The notes beneath the pieces were generated by a model that searched no databases, had not been told where the DNA came from, and saw only the letters and a list, made by a program, of their open reading frames with translations. A DNA stretch of 64,000 nucleotides from a virus (Duplodnaviria; Caudoviricetes): IMG/VR virus record IMGVR_UViG_2868946205_000003; one strand, written 5' to 3'. Shown here piece after piece: positions 19,695-29,334 of the stretch. The stretch's first letter is position 1; the number at the start of each line of letters is the position of its first letter. A program made the position numbers and the translations under genes.

Positions 19695-20144
19695 TCAACG
19701 CTGCGCCGCAGATTCAAGATGCCGTTGAATGGTATCCAGTACCGAATTGGCGGCATCCTGTGACAGGTTACCACTGTCATCCACGGGCAGGTACGGACGG
19801 GCCGGCAACTCGACGGATTGATTACGGCCAGCTTTACCGCCGAACTGATGGATAGCTCCATAAACGGTATTGGTGCCGACCATCGCACGGCTGGCATCAT
19901 ATTCTGTCGATACCGACCCTTGCAATCGACCCGTATCGCGCAGCGTCTGGCCGCTGCGGTCTTCTGCCGCCTGCGACACAATCCATTCAGGTCGTCCGCT
20001 CTCATCAAAATTGATATCGGTTTCCGCGTGCAGCGTACCGGCAATCTTGCGCATAGCCGGGGTCATATCCGCTGCTGCGCTCTCCAGAGCACGCAGTCCA
20101 CGCCGCAGATCGCTGTCGTTAATCGTGATGCTGACAGTACTCAT
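19695..20144 (-). CDS. Virion morphogenesis protein (Mu gpG/P2 S-like)
   Basis: L.DTGRL..S, YGAIHQFGG, LPARPYL. Confidence 0.88.
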   Translation of the reverse strand: MSTVSITINDSDLRRGLRALESAAADMTPAMRKIAGTLHAETDINFDESGRPEWIVSQAAEDRSGQTLRDTGRLQGSVSTEYDASRAMVGTNTVYGAIHQFGGKAGRNQSVELPARPYLPVDDSGNLSQDAANSVLDTIQRHLESAAQR

Positions 20145-20962
20145 GACGATAACTCCTGTTTTGCCAGGGACGTGAGGCTGCCCTGATAACGGGCCAAATC
20201 CGGGCGATAGGCGGCACCCGGTGCATATGACCAGCCAAGATCGGTACTGATTGTTGTGCTGCCGGTGTTGAACGTTGCCACACGCTGCATCTCACCCGTT
20301 TTCTCTGAGACCAGCTTCAGCTCCCACCCCATAGCATTAATGGCGTTAGCCACCTTCAGCCCACGCCGTTCGATATCACGCTGGCTCAGAGCAATCACGC
20401 TACAGCGGCAGCGCCAACCGTTCGGCGGATAGAATGCCTGCCAGAACGGAGCATCGAAACGAAAAACCAGCCCGTGCATCGACAGATGGCTTTGCCGCGT
20501 ATGCTTGTCACGAATGGCGCTATACATCCAGTAGGGCCGGTCATCGACATTTTCCATCTGCTCAGCCCAGCGGCCCGCGCTGTAGAGCACCGACATATTG
20601 GTACGGAAAATGGTATCCAGCCGCCATGGGCTACCCTGCTGAATAGTGACGGGTTCACCGGTCACCGGGTCGGTGGTATCGCGCGGCCCCCACCAGCCTT
20701 TCTTCTGCAGCACCGGCTCCAACTCCTTACGAAACCAGCGGTCAGTCTTGCCGTCATCCAGCGTTTCCTGCAGGGCGCGGCGGATATCTTCCAGAATATC
20801 CAGACGAGTCACTTTAGCGACGGTAAAAGCGCGGACGTGGGCGTCCTGCCAGACCTCTTCCCAGTCCCAGCTTATCGCGTACCCCTTTGCCTGCAGGTAA
20901 CTGATGGCCCGTTTAGGTGGCAACGTCATGCAGTAGGCTAATTCAGTCGCGGTTACGCTCAT
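20141..20962 (-). CDS. Mu gpF-like minor head protein
   Basis: RLDTIFRTN, YPPNGWRCRC. Confidence 0.9.
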   Translation of the reverse strand: MSVTATELAYCMTLPPKRAISYLQAKGYAISWDWEEVWQDAHVRAFTVAKVTRLDILEDIRRALQETLDDGKTDRWFRKELEPVLQKKGWWGPRDTTDPVTGEPVTIQQGSPWRLDTIFRTNMSVLYSAGRWAEQMENVDDRPYWMYSAIRDKHTRQSHLSMHGLVFRFDAPFWQAFYPPNGWRCRCSVIALSQRDIERRGLKVANAINAMGWELKLVSEKTGEMQRVATFNTGSTTISTDLGWSYAPGAAYRPDLARYQGSLTSLAKQELSS

Positions 20963-22436
20963 GCAAACGCCCCCAAATATTGGCGACGAACAGGATGCGT
21001 GCCAGCCGCTCCTGCAGGTCGTCAGCCTTCATCTGCGGATACAGCTCCGCCAGTTCACCCAACAGATCGCCGGGACGAACGCCGGACTGAACACGTTCAA
21101 ACAGCGGAGCCAGCAGCGGCTCCAGCGTGTCGTCAAGCTGACCACCGTTCATCACAACATCTAGCGCGGCATCGAGTGCATCCTGTGCGTTGACGTCGGC
21201 ATTGACGGCTTCCGCGAACGCCAGTGATTGACCAGGGCGCGTCTCTTTGGGCGTTTCGTCGATATCGCCGTCCTGCAGTTGGTATTCACGCTTCCAGTAT
21301 TGCGGGGTGAAGACCACACCCGCGCTACTGAGCCGTTCGTCACGTTCAGCCTGCACCTTATCGACTGATTCCTGCTCCCACAGCTTATACACCGGCGCGA
21401 CAACGTTACTGCCAAAATTAAGGTCAACCACCCAGCGGATGAGCTGATTGATAGCCCCTTCCACAATGTCGGCATCACCATCACGGATATCGTCGGTGAC
21501 TTCCAGTCCGGCCTGCGCTGAGGCTTTGTTCGCTGTCGCTTCGGTGGTCTGGTTTTGCCCCAGCAATGCGATAGCAATTTCGCCACGCGATACGGCGATC
21601 AGATTCTGGTAGATCTCGCTACTGTCTGCTTTGCCTGCCGCTTCTTTGATATCGACAGACGAGTCATCAGGGATTGCGGCAACGGCGTCCTCGATCATCG
21701 ATTCCAGTGAATCCAGCAGGTTGTCGATTTCCCCCTGCGGCGTACCGCGAGGATGTTTGCCAATGACCCACGGTGAACCGTATTTTTCGGCAAACCGCAC
21801 CCAGAACTTCATGCCGCCTTTTTTGAAGGTGACAGGCCAGAAGCACATCGACAGATCGGGAAAGCCATATGGGTTGTCGTAGGTTGCATCCTGACGCGGT
21901 ACAAGGAATTTGTAGTCTGGTATGACTTCCCCCTCAAACCCGCTGTCACGGGAACGGAAACGCAGCCGGTTGTCGGTGTCGAACTGGAACCAGTCAGCGG
22001 GCTTACCGACGATATCGCCAACATGCCAACTTGTCCCAGAGCGTTGCCACATCACTTCACAGGGCTGGTAGCCGTACAGCACCGCATCGGTCATTTCTCC
22101 GATAATGCGCGACATATCCATGTCCGTCAGCATGTCACGGATAAAGCTGAATACCTGTTCAGAGGCGTTCCCTCTGTCCACGCCGCGCTCCAGCGCTTTC
22201 ACTGCGGCCTTGCGGCGACGAATACAACCGCCGACTAACGGGTCAGTGCGCAACTCACGATAAATACGGATGTCTTTTCCCTGTGCTTTCAGAATCGGGT
22301 CGGGGTTCGGCAGATACATGCCCAATCCGTAGAAATCCATGCTGCGGTCACGTGAGGCGATCTGCTCGCTGAGTGATTTCTTAGGCTCGGAAAAGGAAAC
22401 AAATTCGGTGGGGGAAACCCAGAGTCCGCGTGCCAT
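20943..22436 (-). CDS. Portal protein (DUF935, Mu gp29-like)
   Basis: W..FAEKYG.P, LLGQNQTT. Confidence 0.9.
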   Translation of the reverse strand: MARGLWVSPTEFVSFSEPKKSLSEQIASRDRSMDFYGLGMYLPNPDPILKAQGKDIRIYRELRTDPLVGGCIRRRKAAVKALERGVDRGNASEQVFSFIRDMLTDMDMSRIIGEMTDAVLYGYQPCEVMWQRSGTSWHVGDIVGKPADWFQFDTDNRLRFRSRDSGFEGEVIPDYKFLVPRQDATYDNPYGFPDLSMCFWPVTFKKGGMKFWVRFAEKYGSPWVIGKHPRGTPQGEIDNLLDSLESMIEDAVAAIPDDSSVDIKEAAGKADSSEIYQNLIAVSRGEIAIALLGQNQTTEATANKASAQAGLEVTDDIRDGDADIVEGAINQLIRWVVDLNFGSNVVAPVYKLWEQESVDKVQAERDERLSSAGVVFTPQYWKREYQLQDGDIDETPKETRPGQSLAFAEAVNADVNAQDALDAALDVVMNGGQLDDTLEPLLAPLFERVQSGVRPGDLLGELAELYPQMKADDLQERLARILFVANIWGRLHERNRD

Positions 22437-23959
22437 TAGTAGTTCTCCAGTAACCGTGCAGACGTTCTGCGTCTGCGGGAGGATGCCGTCACCGGCCCTT
22501 TATTGATTTCCCGGCTGGCGTAGTAGGCCAGCGCCAGTGCAATGGCCGCGTCACCGTGGCGTTTACCGCCATCTGATTTGGCTTTTGAACGCTGCTCCGG
22601 CACGCGGGGAACGCCATTCACCACCTGAACAGCCCGCAGATCATCCAGCGTGTCCTCATCTTTTGGCAGGTCGACAAGATTACCGTCTTCCAGCGCAGCT
22701 TTGACAGGCGGCATATTGTCCCGATACCAGCCTTCTGTTGGCATGACCTGCTGCACCCGGCTGGCACCGTAACGCTGCATGGCGTATTCCGCCAGATAGG
22801 CACCGTTGCCCCGCGCGTCGAATGCCGCACCCAGCAACATCGGCAGACCGTCCATCAGATACCAGGTGATCTGCTCCTGCTGTTTGAACGGCACATTACG
22901 CAGCTCCAGCACGAACGGCACCTGCCGTACCAGATTCTTCTGTTGCAACAGGGGATAATCTACCGACAGGTCACCACTGCGGCCAAAGTCACGCCCCAGA
23001 AACGAGCGGGCACCTCTCGGTAGCGCATCCAGCAACGGCTTCAGATGGGTGTCCAGCCAGTCCTGTGTTTCGCCCCAGCGGGTTTCATCGGATTTCAGCT
23101 CATAGCCTTCCGGGCAGGTCAGACGTAAAACAGGGGTATCGGCTGACATTCGGGATTCAATCAGGGCACGAGACAGCCAGGCTCCGCCACCATTAGCCGG
23201 GATGCAGTCCAGTTCTTCGGATGCACCCGCACCATAGAATTTATATACCGATGCCATCCACGTCTGTTCGGCTTCTTCCGACCACGCTTTCCCAGTACGC
23301 AAGCAGACGCGGTGAAATAGTCCCTGTGCTACCGCCTCCTTAAAGGTGATGCGATGTACGCTTCCACCTTGTCGTCCCGCTCGGATGTCGGTGATCGTAG
23401 TATTAAATTCATTGTCATCGCTATCATGGGTGGAGATAACCCTTACTTTACCGCCCCAGATAAGCATGGCCATTGCCGCTTTAAGCAGTTCTTTTAATTG
23501 CTCATGGAACGCGGCTTCATCAATGACGATAACACCCTGACGGCCACGCAGGTTAGACGGTCGACTGGACAACGCAACGACACGAAAGCCTGAGTCGGGG
23601 AATTTGATGGTGTAGGTCTTGATGTGCTTGTCGTCTTCGTCCTCTTCCCAGAAACCTTCTTCAATCTCGCTGGCCGCGTAGTTAAACGCCCGGGCCCACA
23701 TCGCACAGGCCTGAATATACTCAACCGTCATGTCCTGGTTGTACGCGATGTAGTAGACGTTCATTCCCCCAGCGGTAGCTGAGGACGCGGCAGTCAGCAC
23801 GTTATCGGATGCCTCTGCCCAGGTAATACCGGTACGGCGGCTTTTTTCAATGACTTTGAGTGGAGACGGATCAGCAATCCAGCTTTGTTGATAGGGTAAG
23901 AGTACCGGAGGCGCTTCATAACCAGAGGTATCGGGTAAAACCGGAGCAAGCTGGCTCAT
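22436..23959 (-). CDS. Terminase large subunit (Mu gp28-like)
   Basis: KSRRTGITW Walker A, IIDEAAFH Walker B, GRDFGRSGD, HGDAA. Confidence 0.93.
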   Translation of the reverse strand: MSQLAPVLPDTSGYEAPPVLLPYQQSWIADPSPLKVIEKSRRTGITWAEASDNVLTAASSATAGGMNVYYIAYNQDMTVEYIQACAMWARAFNYAASEIEEGFWEEDEDDKHIKTYTIKFPDSGFRVVALSSRPSNLRGRQGVIVIDEAAFHEQLKELLKAAMAMLIWGGKVRVISTHDSDDNEFNTTITDIRAGRQGGSVHRITFKEAVAQGLFHRVCLRTGKAWSEEAEQTWMASVYKFYGAGASEELDCIPANGGGAWLSRALIESRMSADTPVLRLTCPEGYELKSDETRWGETQDWLDTHLKPLLDALPRGARSFLGRDFGRSGDLSVDYPLLQQKNLVRQVPFVLELRNVPFKQQEQITWYLMDGLPMLLGAAFDARGNGAYLAEYAMQRYGASRVQQVMPTEGWYRDNMPPVKAALEDGNLVDLPKDEDTLDDLRAVQVVNGVPRVPEQRSKAKSDGGKRHGDAAIALALAYYASREINKGPVTASSRRRRTSARLLENY

Positions 23960-24501
23960 GACGCAATCCCCAGAATCTCCCGACGCAGCGCCTGTACCGC
24001 CTCAGTTGATAAGCCACCTTTGCGAGCAATTTTTTCGGCATTGCTTGCCGCTTGTTGCGCTTTGGTTCTGACTTCAGCCTGGAACTTCTTCAGATTGACG
24101 CTGGCCCGCGACAGCGTGGCGACGTTCTTGGCCACTTTGGACAACAGCGCGACACGCTCTTTCGGATCGATTTCCTCTTCGTCAGCTTCCTGTAACTGGA
24201 CGATACTTTCGAAAAGTTCAGTCTGGATCAGTGCGATGACCGCCTCCGAACGCGCATCCTGATCGTCTGCTGCGCCTTCGGTTAACATGCGGGCGGCTTC
24301 CGTTGCGGCACGAATAGCCCCGAAACGTTTTTCAATCTTCTGCCCGTAACGGTGGATCGCCGACTTACTGATGATGTAACCCTGCTCACGCAGCAGGCTT
24401 TCCAGTTCGGCATAACCGCTGAAGCCGGATTCGGTCAGCGCCCGCTCCAGCCAGCGGCGGGCATCCTCCGGCAGTTTGTCGATAGTGCTGCGACGAGCCA
24501 T
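23956..24501 (-). CDS. DUF3486 / Mu gp27-like small terminase candidate
   Basis: MARRSTIDKLP..ISKSAIHRYG. Confidence 0.85.
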   Translation of the reverse strand: MARRSTIDKLPEDARRWLERALTESGFSGYAELESLLREQGYIISKSAIHRYGQKIEKRFGAIRAATEAARMLTEGAADDQDARSEAVIALIQTELFESIVQLQEADEEEIDPKERVALLSKVAKNVATLSRASVNLKKFQAEVRTKAQQAASNAEKIARKGGLSTEAVQALRREILGIAS

Positions 24502-24502
24502 A

Positions 24503-24814
24503 TCATTCGCTCCAGTATTTTTCAGGCCGGGCGATCCCAGGGCCACACTCCACGGTGTACTCAACGATATCAACGCCGAGCCGCGTTAAGTCAGCGAACC
24601 AGTCCCCGCTGGGGCGTTTGGTCAGTTCCACCATCTTGCGGTCAGACAGATAATCCAGTTCGCGCCGTAGCTCCAATGGCGTGGTATCCGGGTAAATCGC
24701 CAGTGCAATATCCAGCAACAGCGTCTCACTGGCGGTATACGGGCGGGTTTTATTGAGTGCGACCAGCAGACTCCAGCGCAGTCCCTCTCTGCGTGCACGA
24801 GCGATATCAACCAT
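24503..24814 (-). CDS. Mu gp26-like protein
   Basis: LRRELDYL..LTRLGVD..PGIARP. Confidence 0.75.
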   Translation of the reverse strand: MVDIARARREGLRWSLLVALNKTRPYTASETLLLDIALAIYPDTTPLELRRELDYLSDRKMVELTKRPSGDWFADLTRLGVDIVEYTVECGPGIARPEKYWSE

Positions 24815-25139
24815 GTTGTCCTCCGTTCATTCGGTGCTGTTGCACCAGTTCCAGTTTGTTGTAAACCGCATCCAGTTTGGCTTCGATTACCGTCTGCCCC
24901 CGGATGTAGTCTTCACGGCGGACATAGGTCACCGGAAGTTCGGCACGAAACTCCAGAAATTCCCGCTCCAGCCGCTGCCAGCCTTTTTCGCTCTGAGAAC
25001 GGGCCTGTTCCAGTGCGCCAAAACGCTCGTTCAGGCGCTGCTCTATCTGTGCCAGCAGAATTTTTCCGGCTGCAAAGACAAACCCTAAAAAACCCAGCAA
25101 CAGGCCCACCAGTTGCCAGAACTCGACTTCAATTTTCAT
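24807..25139 (-). CDS. Mu gp25-like membrane-anchored coiled-coil protein
   Basis: N-terminal TM; YVRREDY motif. Confidence 0.7.
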   Translation of the reverse strand: MKIEVEFWQLVGLLLGFLGFVFAAGKILLAQIEQRLNERFGALEQARSQSEKGWQRLEREFLEFRAELPVTYVRREDYIRGQTVIEAKLDAVYNKLELVQQHRMNGGQHG

Positions 25140-25810
25140 TATTCTTTCCTGTTCTGTAGTGCAGCGAGGTAATCCAACAGGCCATTTACCTGCGCGGCAA
25201 GCTGCTGGTAACGTTCTCCGGCGTCGGTGCTGTGGGCGAGGATGTCGCGTTGGGTAACACCGGAGTCGCGTAGCCGGGCGTCAAGGGTGGCAGCGGCTGC
25301 GGACGTATTGCCAGCCCTGCTGGCAGCGGTGGTAGCGTCTGTTCCTGCAACGGCATCAAAGGCGGCGTTGTACTGCTGCACGAAACCAGCAGTAAACACG
25401 CACTCAATAGGACGACTCTGGCCGCGTTCATCAATCCAGCGTTGCGTGACATCATCAATTCTCCGCTTCAGGTTTTCGTTTTGCTGGCGCAATGACGCCG
25501 TGGTAGCGAGGTAATGCTGCTCGGCGGTATTCGCGGATGTGACCAGTTGCTGATAGCGCTGCTGCCATGCCTGTAAAGCAGCGTTGGCCTGTTCCGCCCG
25601 TTGCTGTTGCTGCTGAGCGATATCCGCCTGAAAGCGTGCCAGCGTTGCATCGGATGCCGATTTCTGTTTATCCAGTGCGGTATTACCCGCGGATTCTGCC
25701 CTGGCGAATCCGCTCTCATAACCGTTCTGGTAAATCAGCCACAGCGCCAGCAATACGGCAGCAACCCATAGCAAGGTTTTCCACGGCAGCATTTTAAGCA
25801 GGTTCAGCAC
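25139..25810 (-). CDS. Inner-membrane spanin (Rz-like)
   Basis: N-terminal TM + long coiled coil after the endolysin. Confidence 0.75.
   Translation of the reverse strand: MLNLLKMLPWKTLLWVAAVLLALWLIYQNGYESGFARAESAGNTALDKQKSASDATLARFQADIAQQQQQRAEQANAALQAWQQRYQQLVTSANTAEQHYLATTASLRQQNENLKRRIDDVTQRWIDERGQSRPIECVFTAGFVQQYNAAFDAVAGTDATTAASRAGNTSAAAATLDARLRDSGVTQRDILAHSTDAGERYQQLAAQVNGLLDYLAALQNRKE
25186..25431 (-). CDS. Embedded outer-membrane spanin lipoprotein (Rz1-like)
   Basis: Signal + lipobox LVSC, Pro-rich, nested out of frame in the Rz-like gene. Confidence 0.7.
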   Translation of the reverse strand: MNAARVVLLSACLLLVSCSSTTPPLMPLQEQTLPPLPAGLAIRPQPLPPLTPGYATPVLPNATSSPTAPTPENVTSSLPRR

Positions 25811-26522
25811 AGCTACGGCCTCCCCACGTCAGATAGCGCGGCGCTAACTCCTGCAGGATGCGCGGCGGGTAATGGCGGTTCTCACGCCAGTTAGCCGCAG
25901 AACGTCCGGCATTGACGGTAGCGACATGCCCAAACCAGCGCTGACGATCTAACCCACGTTGTGCCGCCAGTTTCTGATCGCGCTGTACCCAGCCCAGCCC
26001 GCCGTTATAGCCGGAGAGCGTCATCGCCATCCGTTCGCAGTTGTCAGCCGCATTAACACGCTGCCAGATCCAGCGGTCATAGCGGGTCAATGCACGAATT
26101 GACCACGCAGGATTAAACGGCTGATTAGCTTTTAGTTCCGGCATGATGTCGCTAATCCACGCCGATGTAGCAGGCATAAACTGCGCTAATCCCTGTGCGC
26201 CAACGGGCGAGATTGCGCGGGGATTCCAGCCGGACTCCTGATGGAGTTGCGCCGCGAAATCGGCCACCGGCGCATTCAGCCCCCAGTCCAGCCGGGCATT
26301 ACGGATAAGGTCGCTGCGGTATTGTTGGGCAGCTGCAGGCGGCTGGGCGGCATGAGCCTGACTGAAGAAACCACCTGACCAGAGCAACCACGCCGTAGCC
26401 AGCGCGCCGAATAGTGACCACCAGACGCTGTGTTTATCCGTTCGTGGTTCGCCATGTTTCATCAATGTCATGCCTAACCCCAGCGACACCAACACAATCC
26501 AGGTGATTTGCGGCCAGTTCAT
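25794..26522 (-). CDS. Endolysin, SLT lytic transglycosylase with N-terminal TM segments
   Basis: QES.W, GAQGLAQFMP.T, YNGG.G. Confidence 0.92.
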   Translation of the reverse strand: MNWPQITWIVLVSLGLGMTLMKHGEPRTDKHSVWWSLFGALATAWLLWSGGFFSQAHAAQPPAAAQQYRSDLIRNARLDWGLNAPVADFAAQLHQESGWNPRAISPVGAQGLAQFMPATSAWISDIMPELKANQPFNPAWSIRALTRYDRWIWQRVNAADNCERMAMTLSGYNGGLGWVQRDQKLAAQRGLDRQRWFGHVATVNAGRSAANWRENRHYPPRILQELAPRYLTWGGRSCAEPA

Positions 26523-26524
26523 AG

Positions 26525-26866
26525 CTATAGCCCCATCGCTACGGCCAGACAGACCGCCGCCACGATAATGGCGCGACGGATCAATGCCGCAGCAAATATC
26601 CGTTGATAGCCATTTTTGACCGGGTATTCGCCGTGCTTCATCCGTTCAGGCTCATGCACCAGGTACTGGCCTAGCGCCGACTTAGGGAACAATGAACGGT
26701 CGAGCCAGTAGCCCAACACTGCAGCCAGCGTGATCAATGAGATTTTGTAGATGACTACGGGGAGTTGCTGCGGTGATACCAACGCGATCACAGCCAGCAG
26801 TAACACGGCAGTCAGTTGCCAGCCGATAAGGCGCTTCAGGCGTGTGAGGCGAAAGAGGTTTTTCAT
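26525..26866 (-). CDS. Putative holin
   Basis: Three hydrophobic segments, GYWLDRSLFP; first late gene. Confidence 0.8.
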   Translation of the reverse strand: MKNLFRLTRLKRLIGWQLTAVLLLAVIALVSPQQLPVVIYKISLITLAAVLGYWLDRSLFPKSALGQYLVHEPERMKHGEYPVKNGYQRIFAAALIRRAIIVAAVCLAVAMGL

Positions 26867-26892
26867 AGCTGTCTCCTTATGTAAGTGGAGAC

Positions 26893-26935
26893 AGCATGGC
26901 GCATTACGTCACACAGGGATTTTAAACGGCGTTAA
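26893..26935 (-). promoter_or_regulatory. Putative Mor-activated lysis/late promoter (possibly bidirectional)
   Basis: TTAA-N6-TTAA, 23 nt, CATGCT; on + strand CAGTAT lies 24 nt from the same site. Confidence 0.7.
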
Positions 26936-26968
26936 TAGTGGCAAGAGAGGGGGAAACACCAGTATGGC

Positions 26969-27070
26969 GGGGAAAAGAGCGACCTGTCTGGTGGTGGAAC
27001 ACCGGACAAGCCGTCAACACACAGATGTGGCCTGTGAGTCAACCGAGGCTCTCCCGTTCTCGAGAACCGG
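26969..27070 (+). ncRNA. Structured 5' leader upstream of methylase
   Basis: GGG..AGAGC/GCTCTCCC closing stem enclosing hairpins TGTCTGGTG/CACCGGACA and CACAG/CTGTG. Confidence 0.5.
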
Positions 27071-27114
27071 AAAAGCCTACCGTATTTTCATCCTGTGAAA
27101 AAGGCTTACAGATA

Positions 27115-27879
27115 ATGAAAGAGCAATCTTTGCCCATCGTCCCGTGGATTGGTGGCAAACGCCGTCTGGCCAAACACATCCTGCCGCTGTTTCCTGCTCA
27201 TACCTGCTATGTAGAGCCGTTCTGCGGTGCGGCAGCGCTGTACTTTCTGAAGCACCCCAGCAAGGCTGAAGTCATTAACGATATCAATGGCGAACTGGTA
27301 AACCTGTATCGGGTGGTGAAACACCATCTGGAAGAGTTTGTACGGCAATTCAAGTGGGCGCTGGTCAGCCGTCAGATCTACAAATGGTTGCAGGCTGTTC
27401 CAGAAGAGACGCTGACGGATATTCAGCGTGCCGCCCGGTTCTATTATCTGCAAAAACAGGCGTTCGGCGGCAAAGTAGAAGAACGCACGTTCGGTACGGC
27501 GACGACATCGCCGCCACGTTTTAACCTGCTGCGTATTGAGGAAGAACTGTCAATGGCCCACCTACGGTTATCCCGAACCGTAATTGAGCACCTTGGTTGG
27601 GCGGAGTGCATCCAGCGTTATGATCGCCCCCACACGCTGTTCTACTGCGACCCACCGTACTGGGGAACGGAAGGCTATGGCGTCGAGTTCGGGCTAGAAA
27701 ACTATGTCCAGATGGCGCAATTGGCACGAGATATCAAAGGGAAAATGATTATCTCGGTGAACGATATACCAGAAATGCGACAGGCGTTTGAGGGATTGAA
27801 TTTACAGAGTGTGGAGATCAATTACAGCCTGTCGGGAAAACCAGTTCCCCGGCGGGAACTGGTGATTTGTAATTTTTGA
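27115..27879 (+). CDS. DNA adenine methyltransferase (D12/Dam class)
   Basis: WIGGK, YVEPFCG, ND, DPPY; likely start MKEQSL. Confidence 0.93.
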   Translation: MKEQSLPIVPWIGGKRRLAKHILPLFPAHTCYVEPFCGAAALYFLKHPSKAEVINDINGELVNLYRVVKHHLEEFVRQFKWALVSRQIYKWLQAVPEETLTDIQRAARFYYLQKQAFGGKVEERTFGTATTSPPRFNLLRIEEELSMAHLRLSRTVIEHLGWAECIQRYDRPHTLFYCDPPYWGTEGYGVEFGLENYVQMAQLARDIKGKMIISVNDIPEMRQAFEGLNLQSVEINYSLSGKPVPRRELVICNF

Positions 27880-27916
27880 TGAGATATAGACATATCATAG
27901 TGGGACTTAACGCCCA

Positions 27917-28354
27917 CTATGATAGCACCTTAATTATATTAAAAAGCCGTCTTCCAGTTCGCAGCAAACACATAACAGATGTGGTAACAATACCGATTAA
28001 CACCGTTATAGCCAGTCCCTGAAACTTTGTATGCAACATCAGCCCAATTAAACATGTTAATACCAGTATCAACAACATTAGGCAGGTATCAAAAGCATCT
28101 GTCATTAGACGCCGATAGTGCCCAGTCTTTTGCATATTCCTGAGCAAGGGCTTGTCCAGTAAGGAAACCAAAAGCGCAACAGCCGTTATAATAAATCCAA
28201 GCAACGTTGCAAAAACACTAGCTAAGGTCGTCATCAAATTAGGGATCGCCGCCTCTGGCATGTGAGGCGATTTTTGCCAGTACAAGACCGCTATAGCAAC
28301 GCCTATAGCCAGATTAAACAATAGCCCCGGAATCCTCTGATCCAATATACGCAT
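27917..28354 (-). CDS. 4-TM membrane protein, RexB-like
   Basis: 145 aa from ATG 28354 (GGGAGAG RBS); ATLLGFIITAVALL..LRNMQKTGHY; overlaps the upstream gene. Confidence 0.65.
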   Translation of the reverse strand: MRILDQRIPGLLFNLAIGVAIAVLYWQKSPHMPEAAIPNLMTTLASVFATLLGFIITAVALLVSLLDKPLLRNMQKTGHYRRLMTDAFDTCLMLLILVLTCLIGLMLHTKFQGLAITVLIGIVTTSVMCLLRTGRRLFNIIKVLS

Positions 28355-29204
28355 TAATACTCTCCCGGTTTTCATCGTATGCCGTATCAATGAGGCGATA
28401 CATTGTTCCTGCAGGAGGGAAACGAGCATCGGTTGGTATTGATTGTTTGGAGACAATCCGATCTGCTATCAGATCTATGGGATGAACAACACCATCAGCT
28501 TCAAACACTTCAATCACTGCCTTCCTAGCTCCTAGATCAACCAGCTCCTGCATAGCAAATTTAATGCCCTGTTTGAGTCTGCCATCACTATCTCCACGTC
28601 TGGTATTAATCCCCATTACAACTTGCATTGTATCCGCGCCAGCCGCGCCAAGTAATTGAAGCGTTTTTTGACTGAAATCCGTATCGGGATACAGTTCTGG
28701 GTTACGAGGACGAGGGAGCGTCAAAGTGAGTTTCTTCATGTTGACGTCACCTTTCATAAGCATAGCAATAGCTTCTTTCCCTAGCAGAGGTGCAGCTTTT
28801 ACACTGGTTGAGAAAATTATCGATAAAAATGCAGTGAAACGGCTCATTCCCCCAGCCAAATGATTTCGGTGCCAACCAATAATATTGTGCTGTGAATAAT
28901 ATACAAAAAAGTTACGTTCAATAATGCCTTCATCTTCTTCTAAAGGAATCGGGGATGAATGTTTCCCAGGAGCTCCTTTATCAGGGATATCAGAATTACG
29001 GAATTTCCTTACCTCACCTGCATAAGTGCCGTCATCTCGCTTTTTCAAAGCCCAGATTTCCCTTGTGCAGCCTTCCCGATCAGACGAACTGGGTGACGTT
29101 TTATCTATAGCAGATTGAAATGCTGCATCAAGCGATGCCAGTCTTACAGATGGTTTAAATGACAACTGATAAAATTCAATTCGATAAGTTTTAACATCAC
29201 TCAT
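28314..29204 (-). CDS. RexA-like (DUF6731-type) soluble protein, putative defence sensor
   Basis: 296 aa, paired with a 4-TM gene downstream of the repressor; IPLEEDEGI.E.NFFVY motif. Confidence 0.6.
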   Translation of the reverse strand: MSDVKTYRIEFYQLSFKPSVRLASLDAAFQSAIDKTSPSSSDREGCTREIWALKKRDDGTYAGEVRKFRNSDIPDKGAPGKHSSPIPLEEDEGIIERNFFVYYSQHNIIGWHRNHLAGGMSRFTAFLSIIFSTSVKAAPLLGKEAIAMLMKGDVNMKKLTLTLPRPRNPELYPDTDFSQKTLQLLGAAGADTMQVVMGINTRRGDSDGRLKQGIKFAMQELVDLGARKAVIEVFEADGVVHPIDLIADRIVSKQSIPTDARFPPAGTMYRLIDTAYDENRESINAYIGSEDSGAIV

Positions 29205-29334
29205 TCAGAGAGGCCCTCTTTAATTTGCTGTTTGTAATCCTGTAATTAACTAGTCACTAGATAATATAAATTAATTCAGATGGTTATGTGCGATAAGGTT
29301 AAGTTTTATGTGGAATCCTAATATCAACTCATAT

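Noticed and set aside
26938-27114. 59-aa N-terminal extension of the methylase, or a com-like gene
   Set aside because: Overlaps the predicted promoter and structured leader; no zinc-finger Cys pattern; family motifs begin after 27115
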